A stretch of 64,000 bases of DNA from an uncultured Candidatus Saccharibacteria bacterium (GTDB lineage Bacteria; Patescibacteriota; SOKK01): the NCBI GenBank assembly GCA_964518965.1, contig CAZFJP010000002.1:7795-71794 (forward strand). Direction: 5' to 3'. Shown here in pieces: positions 1-9,125 of the stretch. Every line of letters begins with the position of its first letter. Position 1 is the first letter of the stretch. Below the pieces are notes generated by a model. It made no database searches and was not told the origin of the DNA. It saw only the letters and a list, made by a program, of their open reading frames with translations. Made by a program: the position numbers and the translations under genes.

Positions 1-574
1 TCAGCAAATCAATTCCTCTCTCGCCGAAACGAGCAATCTTACCAACATCAATAGGTCTTTCGCCAATGGGACTAAAGTCAAACTTAAAATCGCCAGCATG
101 TATTACTGTACCGCTTTCCGTCTGAATCAAAATCCCTATTCCTTGCGGAATATTATGATTAACTCGGAAAAATTCCAAGCGAAACTCACCTAATCTAATC
201 CTGCTCTCCTCAGTAATTATTTTAATGTTCAAAGGTTTTGCACCCCGGTATTCCTCATGACGTTTTTGGATAATTGCAGCAGTCAAGGGGGTACAATAAA
301 TCGGTGGGTTTTTAAGCCGCGGAGAAAGATGCGAGATTGCACCAATGTGATCGTAATGCCCATGAGTAATGACAACCCCCTTAACCCGATCCTCCTTACC
401 ACGCAAACATTCTATATTAGGAATAATATAGTCAATCCCTGGCATATCCTCTTCAGGAAATTGCAAACCCATATCCACAATTAAAATATCCCCACGATAT
501 TCAAAGACAGTCATATTGCGGCCAATTTCTTCTAGACCACCCAAAGGAACAATTTGCAATTTGTAGTTAGTCAT
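1..574 (-). CDS. rnj: ribonuclease J (metallo-beta-lactamase/beta-CASP); N-terminal part only, the C-terminus runs off the window start
   Basis: Reverse translation from 574 gives MTNYKLQIVPLGGLEEIGRNMTVFEY...GVVITHGHYDHIG, the MBL HxHxDH motif; the ORF is open to position 1. Confidence 0.8.
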   Translation of the reverse strand, partial: MTNYKLQIVPLGGLEEIGRNMTVFEYRGDILIVDMGLQFPEEDMPGIDYIIPNIECLRGKEDRVKGVVITHGHYDHIGAISHLSPRLKNPPIYCTPLTAAIIQKRHEEYRGAKPLNIKIITEESRIRLGEFRLEFFRVNHNIPQGIGILIQTESGTVIHAGDFKFDFSPIGERPIDVGKIARFGERGIDLL

Positions 575-583
575 ATCAATAAA

Positions 584-1192
584 TTAAAATAAAGTCTGTT
601 CGGGATCAGTTTCCTCAATGGAGCCTTCCTCTGATTTTAAAGCAGTAATCTTTTTTAAAACTTGAGGGATTTTTTGGAAATCCTTCTCAATAATTGGCCT
701 GTTGCTGCTATTATAAAGCCCCGCCGCAGGATGATACATCGGAAAATAAACTTGCCCGCGATAGCGTTTTGGTTGTCCATGAACTTCGGAAATAGAAAGT
801 TTCGGCAAAAACCGGTTCATTGCATGTCTCCCCAAAAGAACAATTAATTTAGGTCTGATCAAAGCTACTTGTTTATCAAGCCAAGAAGCACATGCTTCTA
901 CTTCCTCTGGCAAAGGATCACGATTCCCAGGTGGACGACATTTAATAATATTAGCAATGTAAACGTCCTCACGTTTGAGATTTATCAAAGCCAAAAGTTC
1001 GTCTAAAAATTTTCCCGCAGCACCAACAAAAGGTCTTCCCTGTTGGTCTTCATGGTAACCTGGCCCCTCACCAATAAACATAATTTCCGCAGAAGAATTT
1101 CCCTCGCCAGGAACAACATTAGTGCGACATTTAGAAAGAAGACACTTGGTACACTTAGTTATTTCTTGATTAAGTTTTGCTAACTCACTCAT
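584..1192 (-). CDS. uracil-DNA glycosylase, family 4
   Basis: 202 aa with CxxC...FIGEGPGxxEDxxGRPFVGxAGKxL, the family-4 UDG signature. Confidence 0.85.
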   Translation of the reverse strand: MSELAKLNQEITKCTKCLLSKCRTNVVPGEGNSSAEIMFIGEGPGYHEDQQGRPFVGAAGKFLDELLALINLKREDVYIANIIKCRPPGNRDPLPEEVEACASWLDKQVALIRPKLIVLLGRHAMNRFLPKLSISEVHGQPKRYRGQVYFPMYHPAAGLYNSSNRPIIEKDFQKIPQVLKKITALKSEEGSIEETDPEQTLF

Positions 1193-1200
1193 AAATCTAA

Positions 1201-3432
1201 TTAGCGGTGAGTTCCCCGTTTTCTCCTCCGGCTAAACTTACCTTTTGGTTTATGAAAAGAAATCCCACTATGAGTGATTTGTTTTGTTCCTTTTCCTAAA
1301 ACTCGTTTAGATAAACGAATTTTTCCTTCATTATCCACACCAATAATCATTACTTTGAGAGTGTCGCCCACTTTGACAATATCCTCAACCTTATTAACGC
1401 GGTAGGGAGCAAGCTCTGAAATATGAAGTAAGCCTTCCTTACCGGGAAGAATTTCCACAAAAGCACCGAATTCACGAATTTCAGTTACTTTGCCATCAAA
1501 GACTTCTCCAACTGTAACATCACGGGTAAGATTCTTAACCCAATCTACTGCTTTTTTACATGCTTCTGGATCAACCGCAGTGATTGTTACCAATCCTCCA
1601 TCGTCAATATCAATCTCCGCACCAGTTTCGTCAATAATTTTATTAATCATTTCGCCACCTCTCCCAATAACATCCTTGATTTGTTCTTTTTTAATCTGAA
1701 TGGAAATCACCCGCGGTGCATAGGGAGAAAGTTCTTTGCGCGGTGCGGGAATCGCTTGCAAAATCTTTTCCATAATTACTGCACGATCAGTTTTAGCACG
1801 ACTTAGAATTTCTTCAACTAGCTTCAAAGAAATTCCTTCAACCTTGAAATCTGCTTGAATAGCAGTAATACCATCTTTGGTTCCTGCTATCTTGAAATCC
1901 ATATCACCAGCGGCATCTTCAATCCCCTGAATATCGGAAAGAATTTGATAGTTACCTTTATCGTCAGTGATTAATCCCATCGCAATACCAGCAACTGGTT
2001 TAATTTGAACTCCTGCATCCATTAGCGACAAGGTAGTGGCACAAACAGAAGCCATAGAACTGGAACCATTAGAAGAAAGTACCTCTGAGACAACCCGAAT
2101 AGTATAAGGAAACTTTTCCTTTGGTGGAATTAGCGATTCAAACGCACGTTCTACTAAATCGCCATGACCAATATCGCGACGACTTGGTCCACGTAATGGT
2201 GCTACTTCTCCCGTACTAAATGGTGGAAAATTATAATGATGCATGAAACGTTTCTTTTCATCAATGTCCATATCATCAATAATTTGCTCGTCAGCAACGG
2301 AACCTAAAGTAGTTACCGACAAAACTTGCGTCTCGCCACGAGTGAATAAACCTGAACCATGAGTACGAGGAAGTAATCCTGCTTCGCAAGTAATCGGCCT
2401 AATTTCATTAATCTTGCGACCATCAGGACGAATTTTTTTCTCTAAAATGCGCTTACGTGCTTTCTCCGCTAAAAAATCATTAACAATATCTCTTAAAATT
2501 GCCTTGGTTGTCTCCCCTTTTTCAATCGCTTCCTTATAATTTTCCCATGTTTCTTCTTCAAGCTCATCTATTCTCTTATGACGAAAATCACGATCATTAG
2601 AAGCAACAATTTCATCAATACCCTTTTCCACTTTACTTTTTACTTCTTGCACTAGCTTATCGTCGGGCTTAGCATAAACTAATTTATCAGGATCAATTTT
2701 TTTTGCCAAAGGTCGCAGTTTCTCTTGTAACTCAATAATTGGCTGTAATGCTTTGTGACCAAACTCAATTGCTTCCATTATCTTTTCCTCTGGTAATTCT
2801 TTTGCCGCGGCTTCCACCATTAGCACCTTGTCTTTAGTACCCGCAACTGTCAGATCTAATTTCCCCTCTTTAATCTGCTCATAAGTAGGATTAAGAATAA
2901 ACTTATCTTTCTGGCAACCGATTCTAACTGCTCCAACTGGGCCATTAAATGGCACTCCAGACAAAATTAAAGCGGCAGAAGCAGCATTAATCGCAAAAGT
3001 AGCTGGATCATTTTCTAAATCCGCCGAGAAAACGGTCAAAATAACCTGGATATCATTTCTTAAATATTTATTAAAAAGCGGACGTAGTGGACGATCCACT
3101 AAACGCCCGGTTAAAATCGCTTTCTCGGTTGGTTTCCCTTCACGTTTGATAAAGCGACTGCCTTTGATTTTTCCTGCGGCATACATCTTCTCTTCGTAAT
3201 CAACCACAAACGGGAAATAATCAATACCCTCTCTGACATTTTTAGAAATCACAGCAGTAGCAAGAATAACAGTATCTCCATATCTAGCAGTTACTTCTCC
3301 ACTTGCCTGCTCGGCAAATTTGCCGGTTTCCAAAATCAACTTTTTTCCACCAACTTCAGTCACTAATTTTTTGACACTCATCATTAAAAATCCTTTCTTA
3401 CCTGTGCTCCGCAGACTATTGATTACAGCCAA
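1201..3432 (-). CDS. pnp: polynucleotide phosphorylase (polyribonucleotide nucleotidyltransferase), with an unusually basic C-terminal tail
   Basis: 743 aa with two RNase PH domains plus KH and S1 domains; a basic ~35 aa tail follows S1. Confidence 0.95.
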   Translation of the reverse strand: MAVINSLRSTGKKGFLMMSVKKLVTEVGGKKLILETGKFAEQASGEVTARYGDTVILATAVISKNVREGIDYFPFVVDYEEKMYAAGKIKGSRFIKREGKPTEKAILTGRLVDRPLRPLFNKYLRNDIQVILTVFSADLENDPATFAINAASAALILSGVPFNGPVGAVRIGCQKDKFILNPTYEQIKEGKLDLTVAGTKDKVLMVEAAAKELPEEKIMEAIEFGHKALQPIIELQEKLRPLAKKIDPDKLVYAKPDDKLVQEVKSKVEKGIDEIVASNDRDFRHKRIDELEEETWENYKEAIEKGETTKAILRDIVNDFLAEKARKRILEKKIRPDGRKINEIRPITCEAGLLPRTHGSGLFTRGETQVLSVTTLGSVADEQIIDDMDIDEKKRFMHHYNFPPFSTGEVAPLRGPSRRDIGHGDLVERAFESLIPPKEKFPYTIRVVSEVLSSNGSSSMASVCATTLSLMDAGVQIKPVAGIAMGLITDDKGNYQILSDIQGIEDAAGDMDFKIAGTKDGITAIQADFKVEGISLKLVEEILSRAKTDRAVIMEKILQAIPAPRKELSPYAPRVISIQIKKEQIKDVIGRGGEMINKIIDETGAEIDIDDGGLVTITAVDPEACKKAVDWVKNLTRDVTVGEVFDGKVTEIREFGAFVEILPGKEGLLHISELAPYRVNKVEDIVKVGDTLKVMIIGVDNEGKIRLSKRVLGKGTKQITHSGISFHKPKGKFSRRRKRGTHR

Positions 3433-3535
3433 AACTCAGCCAAAACTCTGAATTAAGTTTCAGTGTTTGTGGCAAAGGTCCCGCCAATATTAAGTGGGAA
3501 CAACACTGTAACCGCTAAGTCCGCGGACCACAGAT

Positions 3536-3655
3536 TAATTAATAAATGAATTAAATGTCTAAGGGCAGAGGTCAGAGAGTAAAGGTCAGAGTTATTAGAT
3601 CTAGCAACTCTGCCCTCTGACCTCCCTGCCTGCTGACAGGCAGGTACCCTGTGCC
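3536..3655. repeat. GC-rich palindromic repeat element (GGGCAGAGG / CTCTGCCC arms around an AGATCT-centred loop, plus a CCTGCCTGC-N4-AGGCAGG palindrome) in the rpsO-pnp intergenic region
   Basis: Perfect hairpin CAGAGTTATTAGATCTAGCAACTCTG flanked by GGTCAGAG/CTCTGACC; near-identical copy at 62197-62262 and partial copies at 20781-20803, 36405-36450 and 37108-37150. Confidence 0.7.
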
Positions 3656-3656
3656 C

Positions 3657-3923
3657 TTATTTGCGAATCTTCAATTTCTTAATAATGGTTTCATAACGCT
3701 TCTTATCTTCATCGGCAAGATAATCCAAAAGTTTGCGGCGTTTATTAACCATTTCCAGTAAACCCAAGCGAGAATGATAATCCTTACGATGTTTCCTTAA
3801 ATGATCACTTAATTGCTTCATCTGTTCAGTTAAAAGCGCAATCTGAACTTCCGGCGAACCACTATCTTTACTCTTTAAGTGATACTTACCAATAATTGCT
3901 TCTTTTTCTGCTTTAGTAAGCAT
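3657..3923 (-). CDS. rpsO: 30S ribosomal protein S15
   Basis: 88 aa with S15-like sequence, sitting in the conserved position upstream of pnp. Confidence 0.9.
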   Translation of the reverse strand: MLTKAEKEAIIGKYHLKSKDSGSPEVQIALLTEQMKQLSDHLRKHRKDYHSRLGLLEMVNKRRKLLDYLADEDKKRYETIIKKLKIRK

Positions 3924-4030
3924 TGCTTTTTAATCCTTTCTTAGCTTATTTCTAAGAAAAAACAGGTTTCCCTGTACTCAAATTGTAACATAGAAATAAG
4001 AATCAAGCAACTTTATCCCCAAACTATAAA

Positions 4031-4801
4031 TTGACCGCCAAAAAACTTCGTGGTATAATAAAAGCGCCAAAAACAAAAATGACATTGAAGGAAAAGGCAA
4101 AAGTTATCGGGGGAGTCCGAATAACCTGTTTTGTTGTTGTTTTTTTAGTTTGTCTTGTTTCTTTTCTAACACCAAATAAGACTATCGCTGCTACTGCCGG
4201 ACCAGTCCAGCATGGCATAGAATTTGATCTCCACGCACCCAATTTCAACAACTCTACCCTAGATGCCTCTCCTCGTCGCGCTCGAGTAGATACCGTCATC
4301 ACTTACACAATGATCGTCCGAAACAGTGGCAACGTTTCAGCCACTGGTACCCGTGCCATTTGTCCTATTCCTGAACATACCTCTTATGTCACTGGAAGTA
4401 TTACTGGTATCGGAAAAGACGACTCTAATCCTAATGTGATGGCATGGAATATTGGGACACTTGCCGCGGGAAATTCAATAACTCTTACTTTTAAAGCTCT
4501 CATTGATAAAGACACCCCCGATGGCACTACTATCTATGCTCAAGGAACAATCTTTTGTAATGAACTCTATCCTACTTTAACTAGTGACCCGGATAATCCT
4601 ATTCCTTTCTCCAAAACTACTGTTCTTGTTTACCACGCTGGTGGTCCCGCTGGACCAACTGAAACTGGTGTCAGTATTTTACAAGCACTCTTAATTATCT
4701 TTGCTTCTATCGGTATCGCCCGTTATTTCTCAAAACGTCGTCAACCTAGATTAAAACCCACTCGGAAATCTATGCCAGCTGTAAATTATTACTCGAATTA
4801 A
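4031..4801 (+). CDS. DUF11 (conserved-repeat) domain surface protein with N-terminal signal/TM and a C-terminal TM anchor plus basic tail
   Basis: 256 aa; hydrophobic N- and C-termini; central region resembles the DUF11 repeat fold (recognised from memory); the start may be the internal Met at 4079. Confidence 0.55.
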   Translation: MTAKKLRGIIKAPKTKMTLKEKAKVIGGVRITCFVVVFLVCLVSFLTPNKTIAATAGPVQHGIEFDLHAPNFNNSTLDASPRRARVDTVITYTMIVRNSGNVSATGTRAICPIPEHTSYVTGSITGIGKDDSNPNVMAWNIGTLAAGNSITLTFKALIDKDTPDGTTIYAQGTIFCNELYPTLTSDPDNPIPFSKTTVLVYHAGGPAGPTETGVSILQALLIIFASIGIARYFSKRRQPRLKPTRKSMPAVNYYSN

Positions 4802-4820
4802 AATAATTTAGTTTAATTAA

Positions 4821-4848
4821 AAACACCCGGATGATCAGGGTGTTTTTG
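4821..4848 (+). terminator. rho-independent terminator
   Basis: ACACCCGGATGATCAGGGTGT hairpin followed by a T-run. Confidence 0.7.
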
Positions 4849-4989
4849 AAATTTTGACAAAAGAAAAAGCAGTTTTCTTCTTATTGACAGGTACTGCCAA
4901 CCTGCTTCAAGTCATCAAATATTCAGAGATAAACCAAGGTACTCGAGAACTCTCGGCTTGATAATAATTTTCTTCTCAAAGTTTTTTCA

Positions 4990-5283
4990 ATGTATCCCAC
5001 AAGAACCATAGCGAACCCGAACTTCTCCTGCTTTGTATTCAGCTAAAACTTCTTTTTCGGTTAATTTTCCTTCTAAACTCCAACCAATAATTTCTTGAGA
5101 GAGAATTTTCTCTAACTCTCTGGCTTTTTGAATAATGGTCAGAAGATCTTCTTTGGTTTGATCTGATTAAGCTTTCAATCCTTCAATTTCCTTTGCTGAT
5201 TTTAAATCTTCTTCCTCTTTTCGTTGCTCGGAAGAAATTTCCTCTGGTTGTTCTCCCTTAAATTGTTCCATTATGTAATGTTT
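4990..5283 (-). pseudogene. short acidic ORF (MEQFKGEQPEE...) interrupted by an in-frame TAA; possible gene remnant
   Basis: A 94-codon open frame on the minus strand contains a single internal stop; no recognisable family; the surrounding 4860-5700 has no intact ORF. Confidence 0.2.
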
Positions 5284-5702
5284 CCTAAGAAAGATTTATG
5301 ATGCATTTGAAACAGTTTAGCTCCACCTTTGCATAAAAGTTCCTTTTTGAGACATTTCCCAATAATTTCCTTTCTTTCACTGCAATCAGCTCTCCTTAAA
5401 TGTTTCATCTGATCTTCACATTAGATGCTTTACTTTCTTCACCACTTTACCCTAGAACAAGATCCTAAAGGTAACTCTAATTACTATAATAATTATATAA
5501 CAAAAATTACGTTTTAGAATACGACCATTTAAACCAAGACAGATTTCCCTTTTTCTATGCCAGCTAAGATATTTCAGAAGTCCTCGATTTAGACTAGTCA
5601 AAGCTGGGTTTAGATTTCTTTGAAGGTAAAATTCTTCAGCAACTGTCCTGTGAAATCTCTCAATAATACTGTTACCCTATGTCTTTCTAAGTTCGGCTAT
5701 AT

Positions 5703-5778
5703 CTGGTGGGTCGTACAGGACTTGAACCTGTAACCAATTGCTTAAGAGGCAACTGCTCTACCAATTGAGCTAACGACC
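5703..5778 (-). tRNA. tRNA-Lys (anticodon CTT)
   Basis: Cloverleaf folded by hand: acceptor GGGTCGT/ACGACCC, anticodon loop CTCTTAA, encoded CCA. Confidence 0.85.
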
Positions 5779-5995
5779 CAAAAATTAAAAAGTCAATAAC
5801 ATTCAGTATAGCACTATATCTCTACGCAGTAAACTAAAACTAACTGCTTAAAAGACAACTGCTTTCTACCCTGCTGGTAGACACGGATTACCAATCAAGC
5901 TATGAGAAAAAATTCAGAATGTAGAAACTAGATCTTGTAGCATCTATTTTTTACACTCTCCATTCTAACTTCTACATTCTTCTACATTATTTTCA

Positions 5996-6072
5996 TGGTA
6001 CCCCTGGCAGGAGTTGAACCTGCGACCAACAGTTTAGAAAACTGCTGCTCTATCCGACTGAGCTACAGGGGC
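5996..6072 (-). tRNA. tRNA-Arg (anticodon TCT)
   Basis: Cloverleaf: acceptor GCCCCTG/CAGGGGT, anticodon stem GCAGT/ACTGT, loop TTTCTAA, encoded CCA. Confidence 0.8.
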
Positions 6073-6327
6073 ATGAAGAATTTAGAAAAACACTTTGAGA
6101 ATAAATAGACTAATACTCTCTGCAAAAAGAATTTATCTCACAGAGCGGGACTCCGCTACGCGGGGGAATGTAAAATGAAGAATGTAGAAAAACAGAAAAC
6201 TCCTAAGCAAAAAGCTTAGAAAATTGATTTCTCAATAATCAGAAAATTATCAAAAATTATTTTTTCTCTTCCCCGCCGCAACCGCAATCTTTGCACATAT
6301 TTGAACTCCTTTCTTAACAAATTCTTG

Positions 6328-6655
6328 CTAGTGATTTACGTAATCCAAAACGAAATATTTCTTCCCCTTCTTAACTATTTTATGCTCTTCCTTTTCTAAC
6401 AATTTCTTTTGCAAAATTATCTTACCAGGATATTTCTCATTGAGAAACCTTTTATCTTTGAGTGTACGCTACCAAGGAGTAATTCGCTTCTTACCTGCTT
6501 TCTCTCCTTCAACAACATTTCAAACAGAAATCCAGGCAAAAATTCCCGAGGTAATCGGACAACTAATTGTTGCTTTGTGCTTCTTTGCTAAAACTTTCCG
6601 GATTTCATTAATCGTAATCAACTTTCCCTTTGGCACTTTTGCATAATTGCATCTA
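6328..6655 (-). pseudogene. MGMT-family (methylated-DNA-protein-cysteine methyltransferase DNA-binding-domain-like) pseudogene with a frameshift and an in-frame TAG
   Basis: Minus-strand frames give ...KVPKGKLITINEIRKVLAKKHKATISCPITSG... then, after a frameshift, ...KRITPW*RTLKDKRFLNEKYPGKIIL...; the PW(H/Q)R motif position carries a TAG. Confidence 0.4.
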
Positions 6656-6912
6656 CTTCTCGCAACATTGGAATTACCACTGCCCCTACCTCTCAACTTC
6701 TTAACATCTTACCAATAATTTTCTCTACTTCGGTAACTCCTGATCATTATTTAATCTTTCCTGCCAAGTTTTTACTACCTTAAATAATTAAACTACCTTT
6801 ATTAACTTTATTAAGTTACAATGTAACGTTCCTACAGATAAATAAAAATAAATGATTGTTACATCCGGACTTACTTTTAATTTTTAAATTTTAATTTTTA
6901 ATTTGCTTCAGA

Positions 6913-6990
6913 TGGGGTGACTGGTGGGATTCGAACCCACGACCTCTAGAGCCACAATCTAGTGCTCTAGCCAACTGAGCTACAGTCACC
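6913..6990 (-). tRNA. tRNA-His (anticodon GTG) with an encoded G-1
   Basis: Acceptor GTGACTG/CAGTCAC preceded by an extra G that pairs with discriminator C; anticodon loop TTGTGGC; CCA encoded. Confidence 0.85.
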
Positions 6991-7085
6991 GTGCAAAGAA
7001 CATAGAAGTTAAAATGTAGAATTTAGAAACTAAGTCCTGTAGCATTTATTTTCTACATTCTACATTCTGAATTCTAAATTGTTAT

Positions 7086-7159
7086 TGGTACCCCCGGCAA
7101 GAATCGCCACGTCATGAAGACGTGGCATCCCGCCTTTACAGCGGGACGAACCACATTTA
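7086..7159 (-). other. tRNA-like fragment (3'-terminal GGGGTACCA, long hairpin, anticodon-like stem-loop) directly abutting tRNA-Arg; degenerate or unusual tRNA
   Basis: Ends ...GCCGGGGGTACCA like the neighbouring tRNAs; contains the CCCGC-TGTAAAG-GCGGG stem-loop and an 8-bp GCCACGTC/GACGTGGC hairpin, but no acceptor 5' strand or D-arm. Confidence 0.3.
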
Positions 7160-7234
7160 TGGTGCCCTTGTCAGGATTCGAACCCGAAATACGAGGTCCG
7201 AAGCCTCGCGTGATATCCATTTCACTACAAGGGC
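7160..7234 (-). tRNA. tRNA-Arg (anticodon TCG)
   Basis: Acceptor GCCCTTG/CAAGGGC, anticodon stem CGAGG/CCTCG, loop CTTCGGA, T-loop TTCGAAT, CCA encoded. Confidence 0.8.
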
Positions 7235-7332
7235 AAAATCACCTTCATTTTAGCAGATATTATCACCAAAATAAAATAACAGCCACCCCAAAAGGAAGCT
7301 GTTATTTTCTTCTCTTAAAGATCAAAATTCAA

Positions 7333-7683
7333 TTAGAATTTGAGCTTTTCGGCAATGTTAGCAACACCGGGAATTCTCCAGTATTTTCCCATCAACGCTT
7401 GAATCAAAGCTACCAACGCGATTGCGTAAACGACAATAGCGAGAATCCAACCTATGAAGGGAATCCAGAATACTACCCAGCCAACTACTTCAATAATGAA
7501 AAGAACTAATGCCTGCTTGGCATGAGCTTGAGCAAAAGGGCTTTCCTTTTTTGCCAAAAGCGGAACCAAGAAAAGAATCCCCAAGTACCCAATTGCCGCA
7601 AAGACCTTGTTCTCCTCAACGTCTTTTTGATCAAAGGTCAACGTTGCTTTCATTTCTTCTGCCATAATACTACCTCCTTTCAA
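7333..7683 (-). CDS. small integral membrane protein (DUF4870-like)
   Basis: 116 aa with two to three TM helices; family recalled from memory; the true start is probably the MAEEMK Met at 7665. Confidence 0.5.
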   Translation of the reverse strand: MKGGSIMAEEMKATLTFDQKDVEENKVFAAIGYLGILFLVPLLAKKESPFAQAHAKQALVLFIIEVVGWVVFWIPFIGWILAIVVYAIALVALIQALMGKYWRIPGVANIAEKLKF

Positions 7684-7751
7684 AGGTAAACTTAACGGTT
7701 ATAAATTAGCGATTAAAAAATTCCCCCTAAACTAAGTTAAGTATAACTTAA

Positions 7752-9125
7752 TCACTTCTCACCTGTCAACAAAAATCCCATCCCCATCAAAAGCCAAAGT
7801 AAATAAAACCCCATCATGGAAGTCAAAAGATAGTGATCAAGCATATTGGCTAAGAAGAGAGTAAACAAGGATAGTGAAACAACAAAAAAACCTACTTCTC
7901 GTTCTGATTTTAGTCCCCCTCTGATTCTAATGAGTAATTCCCTAAACCAATAGCCAATTAAAATCAAAACCAAGATCAATCCCCCGATACCTGTCTCCGC
8001 AAAAACTAATGCCAAAACATTATGCACCGGCTGGTAGAGAAATCCCTGATCGGTACTAGTAATCTGATTAAAAACCCCTTTCACATAATTTCCCGCCCCT
8101 ACTCCTTTCCACCAATATTTCTCGCTCAGTTGTTTTGTTTCCTGAAAGTAATCACTACGCGATTTGATCACTTGCGGCATATAAGATTCTTCGGGGTTAA
8201 AACGAACTTTAAGTGGTGCAAAAAAGAGAGCAACTGTTAAAATCAAACACCCCAGTAAAATTAAATTCACTTTAAAAATACGCTGGCGCAACTCTCTCGT
8301 TAATTTATGACGAAGATGACAAATCAAGAAAATGACCATGCCAACAATTGTAATTAATCCTAAAGGTAGCCAAGCTGAACGTGAGAAAGTAAAGAATAAT
8401 CCCAGAAACATTGTAAGAAAAGCAAAAATGAAGAGCAAAACAGATTCACAAGAACCTCGAAACTTTAACTTTTCTCTAACAGTAAGATAGAAACTAGTAA
8501 GTAAAATTAGCCCTACTGAAAGCACTCCTCCCAGAATATTTGGATGAGGTAAATTCCCATAAGCACGAAGTAAACGATGCCCACTCCATTCAATTACTGA
8601 AATTCCTAAAATACTTGGGTTCAATTTTGGTTCACCAACAATCAAAGTAAGATTCAAATCTCTCTGAAAAATCATCTGTCCAATACCAATAAGTCCTTCA
8701 AGAACAATAAACCCAATTAAGGATAACTGCCAAAAACGAAAAGAAACTCCAAGATTCAAAACGACCAAATAGAGTAAAAACCCCAAAATAAATTTGGTGA
8801 GAAAAAATAACGACACTTCCCGGTTTAATCCCCAAAGTCCCGTAATCAAAATCACGATCCCAATCAGCCCACTTAAAACTAAAAACCATTTAGGACCAAA
8901 GTAAAATCTTTTCTTCTTAAGAATCCGATAAATCACCAGACCAAGAAAACAGCCCAGAATTAAAACGCTCAAAGGATAAATTGCAAACGATTGATATTCA
9001 ATAAAACTACCGTTCCAAATTACCTTTTTAATAATCAAGCGGTCTTGCAAAAAGAGCCCCAAAACCAAAAAGAAAGCCAGAAGCTGCCAGAAATACTTTT
9101 TCGCTAATATGAACACCTTATTCAT
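7752..9125 (-). CDS. O-antigen ligase/polymerase-like (Wzy_C family) polytopic membrane protein
   Basis: 457 aa with about 12 TM helices; RAYGNLPHPNILGG and FTFSRSAW motifs typical of Wzy_C/WaaL-type ligases. Confidence 0.55.
   Translation of the reverse strand: MNKVFILAKKYFWQLLAFFLVLGLFLQDRLIIKKVIWNGSFIEYQSFAIYPLSVLILGCFLGLVIYRILKKKRFYFGPKWFLVLSGLIGIVILITGLWGLNREVSLFFLTKFILGFLLYLVVLNLGVSFRFWQLSLIGFIVLEGLIGIGQMIFQRDLNLTLIVGEPKLNPSILGISVIEWSGHRLLRAYGNLPHPNILGGVLSVGLILLTSFYLTVREKLKFRGSCESVLLFIFAFLTMFLGLFFTFSRSAWLPLGLITIVGMVIFLICHLRHKLTRELRQRIFKVNLILLGCLILTVALFFAPLKVRFNPEESYMPQVIKSRSDYFQETKQLSEKYWWKGVGAGNYVKGVFNQITSTDQGFLYQPVHNVLALVFAETGIGGLILVLILIGYWFRELLIRIRGGLKSEREVGFFVVSLSLFTLFLANMLDHYLLTSMMGFYLLWLLMGMGFLLTGEK

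Noticed and set aside
257-484. 75-aa plus-strand ORF at the window start
   Set aside because: It lies entirely antisense within the well-supported RNase J coding region and is a shadow ORF. The same reasoning applies to 662-847, 1490-1699, 12311-12511, 43213-43592, 53731-54712 and other small ORFs antisense to strong genes.
5996-6072. tRNA with apparent CTA (amber-suppressor) anticodon
   Set aside because: With the canonical 5-bp anticodon stem (GCAGT/ACTGT) the 7-nt loop is TTTCTAA, which places TCT (Arg) at positions 34-36. The CTA reading requires a shifted, non-canonical loop.
4990-6655. Alternative genetic code to explain in-frame TAA and TAG in otherwise open ORFs
   Set aside because: hisS terminates with TAG, recJ with TGA, and most genes with TAA at positions consistent with full-length proteins. 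The standard code fits, and the interrupted ORFs are better explained as pseudogenes or errors.
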